DNA of 64,000 nt from Parabacteroides sp. (lineage in GTDB: Bacteria > Bacteroidota > Bacteroidia > Bacteroidales > Tannerellaceae): NCBI GenBank assembly GCA_041798765.1, contig JBHCAZ010000034.1:9116-73115 (forward strand), written 5' to 3'. Both the position numbers and the translations under genes were made by a program. Each line of letters begins with the position of its first letter. The first letter of the stretch is position 1. The notes beneath the pieces are model-generated. The model was given only the letters and a program-made list of their open reading frames with translations. It was not told the DNA's origin and made no database searches. Shown in pieces: positions 19,195 to 30,709 of the stretch.

Positions 19195-19908
19195 TTATGA
19201 AAAAAGGGGCGATTCTTCGATGGCTATTTGTTCTCTTTGGCTGCGAGTGATGAGTTCCGCTTCAAAGTCTTTGGCCGAGGCATACCGTTTTAATAAGTCC
19301 GCTGCATAAGCTCCGGCTTCGATAAGACCTTCTTTTCCGGAGTATCCATTGATGATCATGAACAGATGGTCGGTCGTCAATTCGATTTTTGTTCGTTCTT
19401 CGTCGCTGGTCGGTGTCCCGATTCCTCCTTCCTGATCCCGATATACGGGTAGTCCGGCTATATTCAGCGGTCCGCGTCCGATGCCGTGATAAGATTCGTT
19501 TTCCTGTCCGATTCCTAATGTTAAATTCGTCCCTTTTATTTTTGAGTGATCGAATCCTCCGATCGAGTAGCCGCTCCGAATTGAAACCAGATTTATCAGA
19601 TCCACCAACGTGTCGACCTGGTAAAGCGGCAGCTCCCGGATGATGCGCCGGCAGAGCGATTCCGCCGACGGGCGATACCGGTTAGGGTCTTTTCCGAGCC
19701 GTTTGTACACTTGGCGGGTCGCTTGTATGGCCGGCCGCTTGTTGATCTCCTCCATTTGGGTTGTCGATCGAAAAGCAATTTCGGCCTCCCTGATTTCTTT
19801 CCATAACGATTCGTTTGACAATGAATTTGTTACATGACAAGAGAGTACCAATAAATGGATATCGGGACAGGCGGCTGTTATTTCATCGGATAGGGTAACG
19901 TGTATCAT
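19195..19908 (-). CDS. stand-alone B3/B4 (PheRS editing-like) domain protein
   Basis: GKDPNRYRPSAESL, LVDLINLVSI, GTPTSD. Confidence 0.85.
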   Translation of the reverse strand: MIHVTLSDEITAACPDIHLLVLSCHVTNSLSNESLWKEIREAEIAFRSTTQMEEINKRPAIQATRQVYKRLGKDPNRYRPSAESLCRRIIRELPLYQVDTLVDLINLVSIRSGYSIGGFDHSKIKGTNLTLGIGQENESYHGIGRGPLNIAGLPVYRDQEGGIGTPTSDEERTKIELTTDHLFMIINGYSGKEGLIEAGAYAADLLKRYASAKDFEAELITRSQREQIAIEESPLFS

Positions 19909-19951
19909 GATTATAACTGTATTTCAAGAACGTATACCGACCTTCTTTCTC

Positions 19952-21115
19952 TTATTTTCTTGACGTATATGTGTCGTCATCGTCTTCCCATTCGTACTCT
20001 TCATCGTCTTCGTCTTCGAAATCGTCTTCTTCAATAGGAATGACAATGTCTTCTTCGTCTTCAAAACGGAGTGTTCCGACATCGATGGCTTGATGGACAA
20101 TGTGTTCAACTTCGTGGAAGTGTTCCCGGTTAAGTTCTTTCCATAAAAGGTCTTTGAGGGCCAGGATGCCTTTTCCGGTAATCGACGAGATGAATACGGC
20201 CGGAATGCCTTCCGGCAGATCTTCTGAGAGGGCCTCTATCAATTCATCGTCCAGCATGTCTGATTTAGTGATTGCCAGGACACGTCTTTTTTCTAACAAT
20301 TCCGGGTTGTATTGTACCAATTCGTTGTGCAGGATCTCGTATTCTTTCCGGATATCATCTGTATCGGAAGGAATCATGAAAAGCAGTAACGAATTTCGTT
20401 CGATATGTCGTAAGAAACGTAATCCTAATCCTTTACCTTCGCTTGCCCCTTCGATAATACCCGGAATGTCGGCCATTACGAAAGAGCGGTTGTCGCGATA
20501 GCTGACAATCCCCAGATTGGGTTCTAAAGTGGTAAAGGGATAATTGGCGATTTTGGGTTTTGCGGCTGAAACGACCGAAAGCAAGGTCGATTTTCCTGCA
20601 TTCGGAAAGCCTACCAACCCTACGTCGGCCAACAACTTGAGTTGCAGGATCACCATGCGTTCTTGTGCCGGTTCGCCGGGTTGTGCATAGCGGGGTGCCT
20701 GGTTGGTAGACGTTTTGAAATTCCAGTTGCCTAAACCTCCTCGCCCTCCTTTTAAGAGCATGACTTGCTGTCCGTCTTCAGTGACGTCGCAAATGAAAGC
20801 ACCTGTCTCGGCATCGTAGACGACCGTTCCGCACGGCACCTCGATGATCCTGTCTTCTCCGTCTTTGCCCGAACTGCGTTTGGCGCTTCCGCTTTCGCCG
20901 TTGGTCGCCATGATATGGCGCTCGTATTTCAAATGTAAAAGCGTCCAATAGTTTCGGTTGCCCCGAAGATAGATATGACCGCCTCTTCCTCCGTCGCCTC
21001 CGTCAGGTCCTCCTTTCGGAATATATTTTTCGCGCCGGAAATGGGAAGATCCTCTGCCGCCCTTTCCGGAGCGGCAGTAAATCTTTACGTAATCAACGAA
21101 GTTAGATTCTGCCAT
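19952..21115 (-). CDS. obgE: GTPase ObgE/CgtA
   Basis: [30 protein letters not shown]. Confidence 0.98.
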   Translation of the reverse strand: MAESNFVDYVKIYCRSGKGGRGSSHFRREKYIPKGGPDGGDGGRGGHIYLRGNRNYWTLLHLKYERHIMATNGESGSAKRSSGKDGEDRIIEVPCGTVVYDAETGAFICDVTEDGQQVMLLKGGRGGLGNWNFKTSTNQAPRYAQPGEPAQERMVILQLKLLADVGLVGFPNAGKSTLLSVVSAAKPKIANYPFTTLEPNLGIVSYRDNRSFVMADIPGIIEGASEGKGLGLRFLRHIERNSLLLFMIPSDTDDIRKEYEILHNELVQYNPELLEKRRVLAITKSDMLDDELIEALSEDLPEGIPAVFISSITGKGILALKDLLWKELNREHFHEVEHIVHQAIDVGTLRFEDEEDIVIPIEEDDFEDEDDEEYEWEDDDDTYTSRK

Positions 21116-21121
21116 TGTCTT

Positions 21122-21694
21122 TTATTTCAGGTTGCTGATGGCTTCTTTGATGCGGCCGAAAATGTCTTCAATCGTACCCATGCCCTGAATGGCAACATGT
21201 TTGCCTTCTCCGATATAGTAATCGGCCAAAGGAGCGGTCTGTTTATGGTAAACCTCTAATCTGGATGTGATCGTTTCCAAATTGTCGTCCGAACGGCCTG
21301 ATATTTTTCCGCGTTCCAACAGGCGTTTGATCAACTCTTTTTCGTCGACTTGCAGGTTTAACATGACTGAGACGTCCGTACCTCTTTTGTTAAGCATTTC
21401 TTTCAATGCTTTTGCCTGCGGGATGGTACGTGGAAATCCGTCAAAAATGACGCCTTTCTCGTTTTTCTTCTCGTCCAGCACCTTGGCAAGCATGTCGACA
21501 ATCAGTTCGTCGGGGACAAGCTGCCCTTTTTCAATATAATCTTTCGCGACTTTACCGAGTTCGGTCTCATTCTTCATTTCCGAACGCAATACATCCCCGG
21601 TAGAAATGTGTTCTACACCATATTCCTTTATAATAAGTTCACTCTGTGTCCCTTTTCCTGATCCGGGAGCACCAAAAATAACGATATTCAACAT
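21122..21694 (-). CDS. adk: adenylate kinase (short LID)
   Basis: GAPGSGKGTQ, HISTGD, DGFPRT, RSDDN. Confidence 0.97.
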   Translation of the reverse strand: MLNIVIFGAPGSGKGTQSELIIKEYGVEHISTGDVLRSEMKNETELGKVAKDYIEKGQLVPDELIVDMLAKVLDEKKNEKGVIFDGFPRTIPQAKALKEMLNKRGTDVSVMLNLQVDEKELIKRLLERGKISGRSDDNLETITSRLEVYHKQTAPLADYYIGEGKHVAIQGMGTIEDIFGRIKEAISNLK

Positions 21695-21754
21695 ATTCTT
21701 TCTGTTTTGCCGACAACTGTTTTTGGATCAGTTATCGTAAGATTTTTTTTATTT

Positions 21755-22300
21755 TTATTTATTCGTTGATACAACTTTGTAAATATCCCGGAGGGCACGT
21801 CCAGACTCATCATAATCCAACCCATATCCCACAATAAAATCGCTTGGGATTTCCATGCCGATGTAATCCGGTTTCAACGTGCATTGTAAGGCGTCCGGCT
21901 TAAATAGCAAGGTCGCTAATTTTACCTCTGCTGCACCGCCTGTGCGAAATTTATCCATGACATACTGCATGGTGAATCCGGTGTCGATAATGTCTTCTAT
22001 TAAAATGACCAACCGGTCTTTTATGTCTGCCTGTACCGGCATTATTTCGCGAACGGTTCCGGTCGAAGAAGTACCGCGATAGGACGCATATCGGGCAAAA
22101 GTGACTTCGTACGGTCCATTTAATTCGCGCATCAACGTGGCGGTAAACATAAATGCTCCATTCAGAATGCCGACAAATAAGGGATTGGCCCCTTCTATGT
22201 CTTTTTTTATTTGGCCGGCAACTTTTTTTATCGCTTCTTTTATCTCTTTTTCGGGGATAAAAAGTTCGAAATCTTTATCTTTTATTCGGATCTTATTCAT
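21755..22300 (-). CDS. hpt: hypoxanthine phosphoribosyltransferase
   Basis: ILIEDIIDTG, FIVGYGLDY. Confidence 0.95.
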   Translation of the reverse strand: MNKIRIKDKDFELFIPEKEIKEAIKKVAGQIKKDIEGANPLFVGILNGAFMFTATLMRELNGPYEVTFARYASYRGTSSTGTVREIMPVQADIKDRLVILIEDIIDTGFTMQYVMDKFRTGGAAEVKLATLLFKPDALQCTLKPDYIGMEIPSDFIVGYGLDYDESGRALRDIYKVVSTNK

Positions 22301-22322
22301 ATACCGTTTTGTTATAGAGTGG

Positions 22323-22360
22323 CAAAGGTACTATATTTTCAATTATTTTCCTTACGTTTG
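22323..22360. promoter_or_regulatory. divergent -7 boxes for hpt and nnr
   Basis: TACCTTTG (minus, 22323-22330) and TACGTTTG (plus, 22353-22360). Confidence 0.6.
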
Positions 22361-22395
22361 TACAAGCAAATGAATAATTGAAAGGAAATAGAATC

Positions 22396-23907
22396 ATGAT
22401 TAAGATTTTTCCGGCAGAAAAAGTGAAAGAAATTGATCGGTATACGATCCTGCATGAGCCTGTCCAGCCGATTGAGCTGGTCGAAAGGGCTGCGGTTGCT
22501 TTTTTTTCTGAATTTTGTCGTCGTTTTTCTAAACAAAGCCGGGTCATCGTTTTTGCCGGACAGGGAAATAACGGGGCGGATGCTTTGGCAATCGGCCGAT
22601 TGTTGATAGAAGCCGGATACCGGACGGAGGTTTTTCTGTTTAATCCGAACCTGCATCTTTCGGAAGAATGCGCCATGAATAAACAGCGTTTGCTCGATTT
22701 GGAAAAAGTTGAGTTTACGGAAGTTGTCAATGAATTTGTTCCTCCCGAACTGAGAAAACATGATGTCGTGATCGACGGATTGTTCGGTATCGGACTGACG
22801 CGCCCGTTGACCGGCGGTTTTGCGGCGATGGTGCATTATATCAATCAGTCGGAAGCGACCACTGTGGCCATCGATATTCCATCCGGACTTTTTTGCGACG
22901 ATAACCGGAACAATGATTTAAATGCGATCGTCCGGGCTGATTTTACCTATTCTTTCGGATTTCCGAAATTGTCGTTTTTCTTTGCTGAAAACGCATCTTT
23001 TGTAGGAGAATGGAAGGTCTTGGACATCATGTTGCATCCGGATGCCGTTGAAACTTCCCCAACGGCGTTTTCGGTCGTTGAGGAAGCGGATATTTCCGTT
23101 TTGTTTCCTCCCCGGAATCGCTTTGCACACAAGGGAATGTTCGGACATGCGCTGTTGATTGCGGGTGAACGGGGTAAAATGGGAGCGGCGCTGCTGGCCG
23201 GAAAGGCCTGTATGCGGAGTGGAGCCGGATTGTTGACTCTGCATATTCCCGGACGGGGCGAGCCGGTTGTGCAAACGGCACTTCCGGAAGCGATGGTCGA
23301 TCTTGATCCGCATGTCGATTATCTGACCGAAATACCTGCATTGAACAAGTTTGCGGCTGTTGGGATCGGACCGGGTATCGGTATGCAGGTGGAATCGGCA
23401 ATCGCTCTGGATCAACTTTTGCAGACGGTTAAAGTGCCGTTGGTGGTGGACGCGGATGCGCTTAATTTGCTGGCCGAGAATCCGGAATTGTTACAGAAAC
23501 TTCCTGCCCGTACCATATTGACTCCCCATCCGAAAGAATTCGACCGTTTGGCGGGGGCGTCGACCTCGGCTTATGAACGCCTGTTGAAAGCGCAGGACTT
23601 TGCGGCCAAATATAGCATCTGTATGGTGTTGAAGGGCGCTTACACGATGGTTTGTATGCCTACTGGAAATGTCTACATCAATACGACCGGAACGCCGGGT
23701 ATGGCTACTGCCGGAAGCGGAGATGTATTGACCGGGATTATAACCGGACTGCTTGCACAGGGTATGGAGCCTGAAGAGAGTGCTGTGGCCGGTGTCTTTC
23801 TGCATGGATTGGCCGGAAATATGGCGGCCGTGTATCGTTCGGAAGAGAGTATGCTGGCAGGCGATATTCCCGACATGCTGGGAAAAGCTTTTAAACAGCT
23901 CCGATAG
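22396..23907 (+). CDS. nnr: bifunctional NAD(P)H-hydrate epimerase/dehydratase
   Basis: GQGNNGAD, IDIPSG, VDADAL, LTPHPKEF, ATAGSGDVLTG. Confidence 0.95.
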   Translation: MIKIFPAEKVKEIDRYTILHEPVQPIELVERAAVAFFSEFCRRFSKQSRVIVFAGQGNNGADALAIGRLLIEAGYRTEVFLFNPNLHLSEECAMNKQRLLDLEKVEFTEVVNEFVPPELRKHDVVIDGLFGIGLTRPLTGGFAAMVHYINQSEATTVAIDIPSGLFCDDNRNNDLNAIVRADFTYSFGFPKLSFFFAENASFVGEWKVLDIMLHPDAVETSPTAFSVVEEADISVLFPPRNRFAHKGMFGHALLIAGERGKMGAALLAGKACMRSGAGLLTLHIPGRGEPVVQTALPEAMVDLDPHVDYLTEIPALNKFAAVGIGPGIGMQVESAIALDQLLQTVKVPLVVDADALNLLAENPELLQKLPARTILTPHPKEFDRLAGASTSAYERLLKAQDFAAKYSICMVLKGAYTMVCMPTGNVYINTTGTPGMATAGSGDVLTGIITGLLAQGMEPEESAVAGVFLHGLAGNMAAVYRSEESMLAGDIPDMLGKAFKQLR

Positions 23908-23962
23908 CGAAAAAAAAAATCAGTACCTTATGTTTTTAAGGACACTGATGTGACTGAAAAGG

Positions 23963-23995
23963 GGAGGCTCCGAAATGAAATTTTCTGGAGCCTCC
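23963..23995. terminator. bidirectional terminator
   Basis: GGAGGCTCC...GGAGCCTCC between convergent genes. Confidence 0.75.
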
Positions 23996-24016
23996 TTTCG
24001 CTTTTTGTATGTACGC

Positions 24017-25321
24017 TCAATTGGATGAAGTCGTTTTCGGAGCGCTCTTTTTCTTGTATTTGTTCAACTCCTTCTGCAATGCTTCTATTTCTTCCCCTTG
24101 ATTTTTGATGGTTGTTAACAGCGAGTTCAATTCTTCATTTTCGATCGTTTCCGGAAATTCGGCATTGACACGAACGATAAAATCGGATAAAACATTCATG
24201 TAATTATTGAATGCGTCGTACGGATTGTCGTACGGACTGAATCCAGCGCCTTTATGCTTAGTGCTCATATAGTAAAAGTGGTCGCTGCTTTGCAGGTAGT
24301 ACCAATCTTGCCGGATCCGACGGGTTTGAGACAACCGTACTCGTTCGCCGATTTCGTTTAATTTCCGAAACGCTTCTTGTTGCAATACATTTCCTAACCA
24401 GGAACTGCAATCGCGCTCTTCGTCGACCCATGATATCGGATACGGAACCGATAGGCTGTCGATCGGTTTAATTAAAGCCAATATTTCCGATGGAGTAGAA
24501 AAGCTGATCCCTTTTTCTGCGGCGAAACGCGGAAGTGCTTTGAAAAAGTCGAAAATACCGGTTTCTGCCGGATGAAGGTATCCCAACACTTCGTAGTTCA
24601 TGAACAGATTGATGATTTGTTCCGATTCCGGAGTGGAAGCGATCCACGAGATAAACTTGTCGGCGGTCAACGGATATTCATTCCAACTGTATTTGTTAAA
24701 ACGATCGGACAGGTCTTCGCTGAATCGGTCGTTTTTCAAAAGCAGTTTCAATTTGGGAGTGACGGCGGAGGTGTATACGTAATTCGGACTCTTCCAACCT
24801 AAAATATGTTTGGCACCCTCGGTCAACATCCCTTTATATCCCATTTGATAAACCATTTGAGAAATCTCGTCGGAATAGATCAACTCCGTATTACGAAAAA
24901 CTTTCGGTTTAACTCCGAATAATGTTTTGATTTTTGCCTCCTGCTTTTCTACCTGGTGTTTGAATTCGGCGACATCTCCTAAAGAGGAGAGGGAGTGGGC
25001 GTAGGTTTCCGACAGAAATTCTACATTTCCGGTAGCGACCAGATCCTTGAAACTGTCAATCACTTCCGGTGTATAGATCTCCATCTGTTCCAAAGCCATT
25101 CCGGAGATGGAGAAAGCAACTTTGAATTTACCTCCGCTTGCCTGAATCATTTCTTTAATCACTCTGTTGGCGGGAAGATAACTGCGCTCGGCTATCCGGC
25201 GGATGATCTCCTCATTCTGAAAATCATCGTAATAATAATGGTCGTTCCCGATATCGAAAAAACGATATCTTTTTAAACGGAACGGTTGATGTATCTGAAA
25301 ATAAAAGCAGATTGTTTTCAT
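24017..25321 (-). CDS. glycoside hydrolase family 57
   Basis: FQIHQP, ETYAHSL, FRNTELIY, QSSDHFYYM. Confidence 0.93.
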   Translation of the reverse strand: MKTICFYFQIHQPFRLKRYRFFDIGNDHYYYDDFQNEEIIRRIAERSYLPANRVIKEMIQASGGKFKVAFSISGMALEQMEIYTPEVIDSFKDLVATGNVEFLSETYAHSLSSLGDVAEFKHQVEKQEAKIKTLFGVKPKVFRNTELIYSDEISQMVYQMGYKGMLTEGAKHILGWKSPNYVYTSAVTPKLKLLLKNDRFSEDLSDRFNKYSWNEYPLTADKFISWIASTPESEQIINLFMNYEVLGYLHPAETGIFDFFKALPRFAAEKGISFSTPSEILALIKPIDSLSVPYPISWVDEERDCSSWLGNVLQQEAFRKLNEIGERVRLSQTRRIRQDWYYLQSSDHFYYMSTKHKGAGFSPYDNPYDAFNNYMNVLSDFIVRVNAEFPETIENEELNSLLTTIKNQGEEIEALQKELNKYKKKSAPKTTSSN

Positions 25322-25334
25322 AATATTTTAATTT

Positions 25335-26597
25335 TTAGCGATTTAAAACCAGATCGTATATGCGACGTACTTTTTGTCCGGCATATTCCCACTTGATGTT
25401 GTCTACTTCATTTTTCCCTTCTTCTTTCAAAAATTTATGTAAAGCCGGGTATGAAATAATTCCATACATGGCATCCGCCAAGGCCTCTATGTCCCAATAA
25501 TCTACTTTAACGGCATAATCCAATATCTCGGCACATCCGGATTGTTTTGAAATGATGCTGGGAACACCGCATTGCATGGCTTCGAGCGGCGAAATACCGA
25601 ACGGTTCCGATACCGACGGCATGACATAGACATCGCTGGCTTTTAATACCTCATAGACTTGCTTTCCTTTCATGAAACCGGTGAAATGGAATCGCTCCGA
25701 GATATTGCGGGATGCCGCCAAACGAATCATTTGATCCATCATATCGCCGCTTCCTGCCATGACAAAACGGGCGTGAGGAGCTTTTGCCAATACTTTGGCT
25801 GCCGCTTCGACAAAATATTCCGGTCCTTTTTGCATGGTTATACGTCCTAAGAATGTGATTACTTTGTCTTTAACCCCTTTTTTATCCGGTATGGCGAGTA
25901 TTTCCGGGCTTAACGGCTCTACGGCATTGTGCACGGTTGTTACTTTGGCCGGATCCTGATGGTATTTTTCAATCACAGTCTGACGAGTCAAGTTGCTGAC
26001 GGTTATGATGTGATCGGCATTGTCCATCCCGTTTTTTTCGATTCCGTACACGTCCGGATTTACATTTCCGCGACTGCGATCGTAGTCGGTGGCATGCACA
26101 TGGATGACCATCGGTTTCCCGCTGATGTTTTTGGCGTGAATACCGGCTGGATAAGTCAGCCAGTCATGCGCGTGAATGATGTCGTATTGTTCTGTACGGG
26201 CAACAACACCGGCGACAATCGAGTAGTTATTGATCTCTTCTAACAAGTTGTCGGGATACCGTCCTGAAAATTCAAGACATCCGATGTCGTTCACATGCCG
26301 ATAGCTGAAATCTGCATAGATATGGTCGCGGAAATCGAAATATTTCTGCGGATCCATGTATTTCCCCAAACGGTCTGCTATCTCATGCATCTGTATATCG
26401 CGCCAGACGATCGGGACATTGCACATTCCTATGATTTTCAGGAAATTTTGATCTTCGTCTCCCCAGGGTTTAGGAATGCAAAAGGTGATTTCCATATCCG
26501 GTTGTAATGCCATTCCCCTTGTCAGACCAAAGCTGGCAGTTCCTAATCCTCCCAAGATATGCGGCGGGAATTCCCACCCAAACATTAATGCTTTCAT
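25335..26597 (-). CDS. GT4 glycosyltransferase (glycogen synthase-like)
   Basis: GWEFPP...GGLG, HAHDW, SEPFGISPLEAM. Confidence 0.93.
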   Translation of the reverse strand: MKALMFGWEFPPHILGGLGTASFGLTRGMALQPDMEITFCIPKPWGDEDQNFLKIIGMCNVPIVWRDIQMHEIADRLGKYMDPQKYFDFRDHIYADFSYRHVNDIGCLEFSGRYPDNLLEEINNYSIVAGVVARTEQYDIIHAHDWLTYPAGIHAKNISGKPMVIHVHATDYDRSRGNVNPDVYGIEKNGMDNADHIITVSNLTRQTVIEKYHQDPAKVTTVHNAVEPLSPEILAIPDKKGVKDKVITFLGRITMQKGPEYFVEAAAKVLAKAPHARFVMAGSGDMMDQMIRLAASRNISERFHFTGFMKGKQVYEVLKASDVYVMPSVSEPFGISPLEAMQCGVPSIISKQSGCAEILDYAVKVDYWDIEALADAMYGIISYPALHKFLKEEGKNEVDNIKWEYAGQKVRRIYDLVLNR

Positions 26598-26609
26598 CGT
26601 GTGCTGTAT

Positions 26610-28544
26610 TTATTCGGCATTATACTTTTTTAATAAATTAACAACGCGGAGGATGGCCGCTACATTCATGGCGAACGAGATCGCCCCTCGTCCGATAAAA
26701 GGAGGGTTCCCGTCGAATAACTCCGGAATCGTTCCGATACAGTGCAAAGCCATTTCTTCCTCCATGCTAATGAGCATACGTTCGGCAAAAGAAACGCCGC
26801 TTTTGCCGAAAACCTGCAAGTAGGATTCCAAATAAGCTCCTAACAACCAGGGCCATGCAGTGCCTTGGTGATAAGAAAGGTCTCGCTCATATTGAGATCC
26901 CGTACAATAGGGGCGGTATCCTTCGCTTTTGGGGCTGAGCGAACGCAATCCTTTCGGCGTTAACAACTCTTTGGTAACAATGTCGAGCACGGCTCTTTTT
27001 TGCATGCGGGTCAAAGGCGAATAAGGAAGGGCAACGGCAAAAATCATATTCGGCCGGACGCTCCAATCGACGATTGATCCGTTTACCGAATCGAACAGAT
27101 AATGATAACCGTTGACAAATGTTTCTGGGAATGAATGTTCTATTTTTTGGATGATCTGCGCATATTTTTCATTCGGCAGGTTCTCTCTTAATTCATTGTA
27201 AAAACAAAGGGCATTATACCAGAGTGCGTTGAATTCGACGATGTAACCTGAACGGGAGACCACCGGTTTCCCATTGACGGTTGAATTCATCCAGGTGATT
27301 GCTTTGTCACGTCCGTTGGCGAATAACAGTCCGTTTTCCATCAGTTTCATGTCGGGATGTTTCTGCCCGGAAATATATTCCAGTATTTCGTACATGAAGT
27401 CCCCATATAATTCGTCGGCTCTTTTTAGGCCGACTTCCTTGGCATATTGCTGAATGGCCCATGTAGCCCATAGCAGTACATCCGGGTGTTCGATCTCGTG
27501 GATAACAGAATCCGGTTTGTTTTCGGTCATGAATGTACGCATGGCAGGAATTGCCGTGTGCATGATCTTCTCAAAACGTACCGGATCGTCGATCGATAGC
27601 GTACAGCCGGGGAGGGAAATGAACAAATCTCTCGCCCTAACTTTGAACCAGGGATAACCGGCCAACAGATAGGCATCGTTTTCTTTTGGACGAAAATAAA
27701 ACTGTTGGGCCGAATTTTTCAGACAGTTGAAAAAACTTGTTCGTGGCGTACGCGTACGGACTTCGTACTCATATGTCGTTTTCAGTTGGGTGGTTACAAT
27801 GCTGCTGTCGCCTGCGCTGAAAATGATACTTTCGCCTTTTTTTATAGGTACTTCGAAATAACCGGGTACGAAAAGGTCTTCTTGATAAGGATATCCCCGT
27901 TCCTGTTCTTTCGGATATTCGATTCCGAAATACCAATTCGGTTCGTATATGAATTTGACACGCTTGCTGAATTGCATGCATAAATCCGGATATCCCGGAT
28001 ACATGCACGTCTTGATACCGTTCGGAATCTCTTCGTATGCCAGGTTGGCCTGATTATTTGCATGGGTCAGTTCATCGACGCTTCGGAAAGCCAGAAACGG
28101 ACGGAAGCGCAGCGTGGTTGCCGAATGGGCATCCTCCAATGTGTATTTGATTAAAATACGGTTTTCTGATAGTGAGAAAATACGTTCTTTCGAAAGAATG
28201 ACACCACCTACACGATAAAGGGCGCGAGGAACGGTTTCAAAACTGTATTCCCTGATGTATTTATGTCCTTTCGGACTGAAGTTATCCCCTGCATATTTAT
28301 GTAGCCCCAAATTAAACTCGGCTCCGTGCTGAATGACCGTTTCGTCCAAAGAAGATAACAGCACATGATTGTTGTCATCCAAACCGGGTATAGGCATGAC
28401 TAACAATCCGTGATATTTTCTTGTGTTGCAGTCTACAACTGTCGTACAGTGGTAGGCCCCTTTCCGATTGGTCCGGAGAACTTCCCGTTTCAAGGATTCC
28501 TCCAGATTTATCATGATTGTCTTGTCAAATTTAAGATAACTCAT
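26610..28544 (-). CDS. glycogen debranching enzyme (amylo-alpha-1,6-glucosidase)
   Basis: NTRKYHGLL, AGYPWF, TWM, VRPN, YHQGTAWPWL. Confidence 0.92.
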   Translation of the reverse strand: MSYLKFDKTIMINLEESLKREVLRTNRKGAYHCTTVVDCNTRKYHGLLVMPIPGLDDNNHVLLSSLDETVIQHGAEFNLGLHKYAGDNFSPKGHKYIREYSFETVPRALYRVGGVILSKERIFSLSENRILIKYTLEDAHSATTLRFRPFLAFRSVDELTHANNQANLAYEEIPNGIKTCMYPGYPDLCMQFSKRVKFIYEPNWYFGIEYPKEQERGYPYQEDLFVPGYFEVPIKKGESIIFSAGDSSIVTTQLKTTYEYEVRTRTPRTSFFNCLKNSAQQFYFRPKENDAYLLAGYPWFKVRARDLFISLPGCTLSIDDPVRFEKIMHTAIPAMRTFMTENKPDSVIHEIEHPDVLLWATWAIQQYAKEVGLKRADELYGDFMYEILEYISGQKHPDMKLMENGLLFANGRDKAITWMNSTVNGKPVVSRSGYIVEFNALWYNALCFYNELRENLPNEKYAQIIQKIEHSFPETFVNGYHYLFDSVNGSIVDWSVRPNMIFAVALPYSPLTRMQKRAVLDIVTKELLTPKGLRSLSPKSEGYRPYCTGSQYERDLSYHQGTAWPWLLGAYLESYLQVFGKSGVSFAERMLISMEEEMALHCIGTIPELFDGNPPFIGRGAISFAMNVAAILRVVNLLKKYNAE

Positions 28545-28826
28545 ATTATTCGGTTTTTAGTTCGTGTTTCAACGGATTATATATTTTTTCAAAAATAGAA
28601 TTTAATATGTAAATAAACAAATAACGTTTTTTGTTTTATTAAAATTTTGACGATTTGTCTTCTTTTCGCTGTTGTTTGTCAGTTTATTATCTTTTTGGTG
28701 TGGATTTTGTATGTTGTCAAACATATGATTTTCTGTATATTTAACATTTTAAGGGGGATGCCAAAAATAATTTTTTTTGACACCCCCCTCCTTGGATGGT
28801 TTTTCCTTCTTGAAAGATGAATACGG

Positions 28827-30671
28827 TTATTTCCAGTTTTCGTTTTGTATCAAAATCCCGTCCATTTTCAAAATTTCGTTGTGCGGAATCGGCAATGTCA
28901 CCCAATTCTCATTATAAAGACTGTTTTTGTATTTGCCCAGGTATTGCGATTCGTAACGGGCATAGTCGCTCAGCTCTTTTCCGATGATTCCCCAGCGGGC
29001 CAGATCATACCACCGGTGCCCCTCCAATGCCATTTCTATTTTCCGTTCGAAGCGCAATGCTGCCAAAGCACTCTCTTTTGTTGTGAACTGGCTATCCGGA
29101 TATAAGCCGATCCGATAATTGGCTGCGGCATCTTTTTCTTGTTTTCCATTGACTTTATCTTCTAATACATAGGATGATGGGGCCGGGTCCATAGTTGCCG
29201 GATTAACCGCTTTTACATACGAATTGGCAGCCCGTTTGCGTATCATGTTAATATATGTTCCGGCTTCTTTCGGATTTCCGGTCTCAATCAGGGCTTCGGC
29301 ATACCACAGTAGTAAATCAGCGTATCTGATCAAATGGAAGTTCTTGGCAGAAGAACTTGTTTGAGTGGCGATAGAGGTATTTCCCTTATCTGCTTTTCTG
29401 GGGATATTTTTCTTATTCAGATATAAACCTCCATTGGAGACATCCCTGATCCATCCGTCGATTTTATCGGGTACGCTCCAGTCTAAAAATGGAGTGTTGA
29501 ATCGTCCGAGAGAGAAATCGATCCGGGGATCTGTATATACATCCAATAAAGTGCGAGGAACTTTATTTTCGTCTAATGAAGTTAGTGGAGCTTCTTTGCG
29601 GAACGAATTATCCAATTTGGGTAATCCATTGTCGTCGACAATATACGAATTCACCAAATCATTGGAAGGTTGATAGAATCCCCATCCTCCGGTACCTAAA
29701 GCTCCGCTGAATCCGATATGTGAGGCTCCGTTTATATTGCTCGTTTCGGCAACCGTTCCTGTAACGGCCATTTGGATATCGAAAACCGATTCTCCGGTCC
29801 AGTCGCATTCTCCGGCCTTATACAATTGTTCGTAGGTGTCTGCCAGCCTGAATTTTGTTCCATTGTTGTCTTTCCCGTTCGCCATGATTTCTTCCAATAA
29901 GGTTTTCACCTCTTTCCAACGGTTTATAGAACCGTTTTTTCCATTGTATGGCGAAGATTGATACATTTTTACTTTGGCAATGAATGCCGCTGCCGCCCAT
30001 TTGTTTACTTTTCCTTTCTCGACGGGCCATGTATCGGGCAGGTTGTCGAAAGCAAATTGGAAATCATCGATTATTTTATCCCAAATATAGATGTATTTGC
30101 CGCTTTCGTCTACATTGGAAATTTGCGGGTTGACACTTTCGGCAACATCCGTATCGTTTACGTAAGGTACTGCCGCTCCAAACAACTTGACTACTTCAAA
30201 GTGCCAGAAAGCACGGAAAAATCGGGCCTGGGCTATCGTTTCCGTATAGAAATCTTTCGACTGTCCTTTTATACCGGAAAGATCGTCTTTTATTTTTCCG
30301 GCAACATTTATCAGGTTATTGGCAAAGAAGACGCCATTATAACATGATTTCCATTTACTGTTCAGGTAGCCGTTATCGCTTGTAAACGTATAGATTTCCA
30401 AGCTGGTGAAGTCCGGTTGGTCGGTAAATGTTGATCCTTTATTGGCACTTCCTCCCATTACATCGCCGTAAGCATAATTGCTCAAAGTGCCGGCAAAATA
30501 ATCGTTGTTATGCATTTTGGCATACATGCCGGTCGTTAACTGTATAATGCCCTCTTTACTGAGAAAGTCCGGCTCACTCACTTTTCCTACCGGGGCTATT
30601 TCTAAAAAATCGGAACAGCCGGTCAATGTTACTAAGACCGCTATGGCGGAGTATATATAAAATTTTTTCAT
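28827..30671 (-). CDS. SusD/RagB outer-membrane lipoprotein
   Basis: Lipobox LTGC, IRYADLLLWYAEA, ERKIEMALEGHRWYDLARWG. Confidence 0.95.
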   Translation of the reverse strand: MKKFYIYSAIAVLVTLTGCSDFLEIAPVGKVSEPDFLSKEGIIQLTTGMYAKMHNNDYFAGTLSNYAYGDVMGGSANKGSTFTDQPDFTSLEIYTFTSDNGYLNSKWKSCYNGVFFANNLINVAGKIKDDLSGIKGQSKDFYTETIAQARFFRAFWHFEVVKLFGAAVPYVNDTDVAESVNPQISNVDESGKYIYIWDKIIDDFQFAFDNLPDTWPVEKGKVNKWAAAAFIAKVKMYQSSPYNGKNGSINRWKEVKTLLEEIMANGKDNNGTKFRLADTYEQLYKAGECDWTGESVFDIQMAVTGTVAETSNINGASHIGFSGALGTGGWGFYQPSNDLVNSYIVDDNGLPKLDNSFRKEAPLTSLDENKVPRTLLDVYTDPRIDFSLGRFNTPFLDWSVPDKIDGWIRDVSNGGLYLNKKNIPRKADKGNTSIATQTSSSAKNFHLIRYADLLLWYAEALIETGNPKEAGTYINMIRKRAANSYVKAVNPATMDPAPSSYVLEDKVNGKQEKDAAANYRIGLYPDSQFTTKESALAALRFERKIEMALEGHRWYDLARWGIIGKELSDYARYESQYLGKYKNSLYNENWVTLPIPHNEILKMDGILIQNENWK

Positions 30672-30709
30672 TTTATTACCTTATTGAATCAATTAGTATA
30701 TCTGAACTG

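Noticed and set aside
24017-28544. GH57-GT4-debranching cluster as a novelty
   Set aside because: Common Bacteroidetes glycogen/alpha-glucan locus
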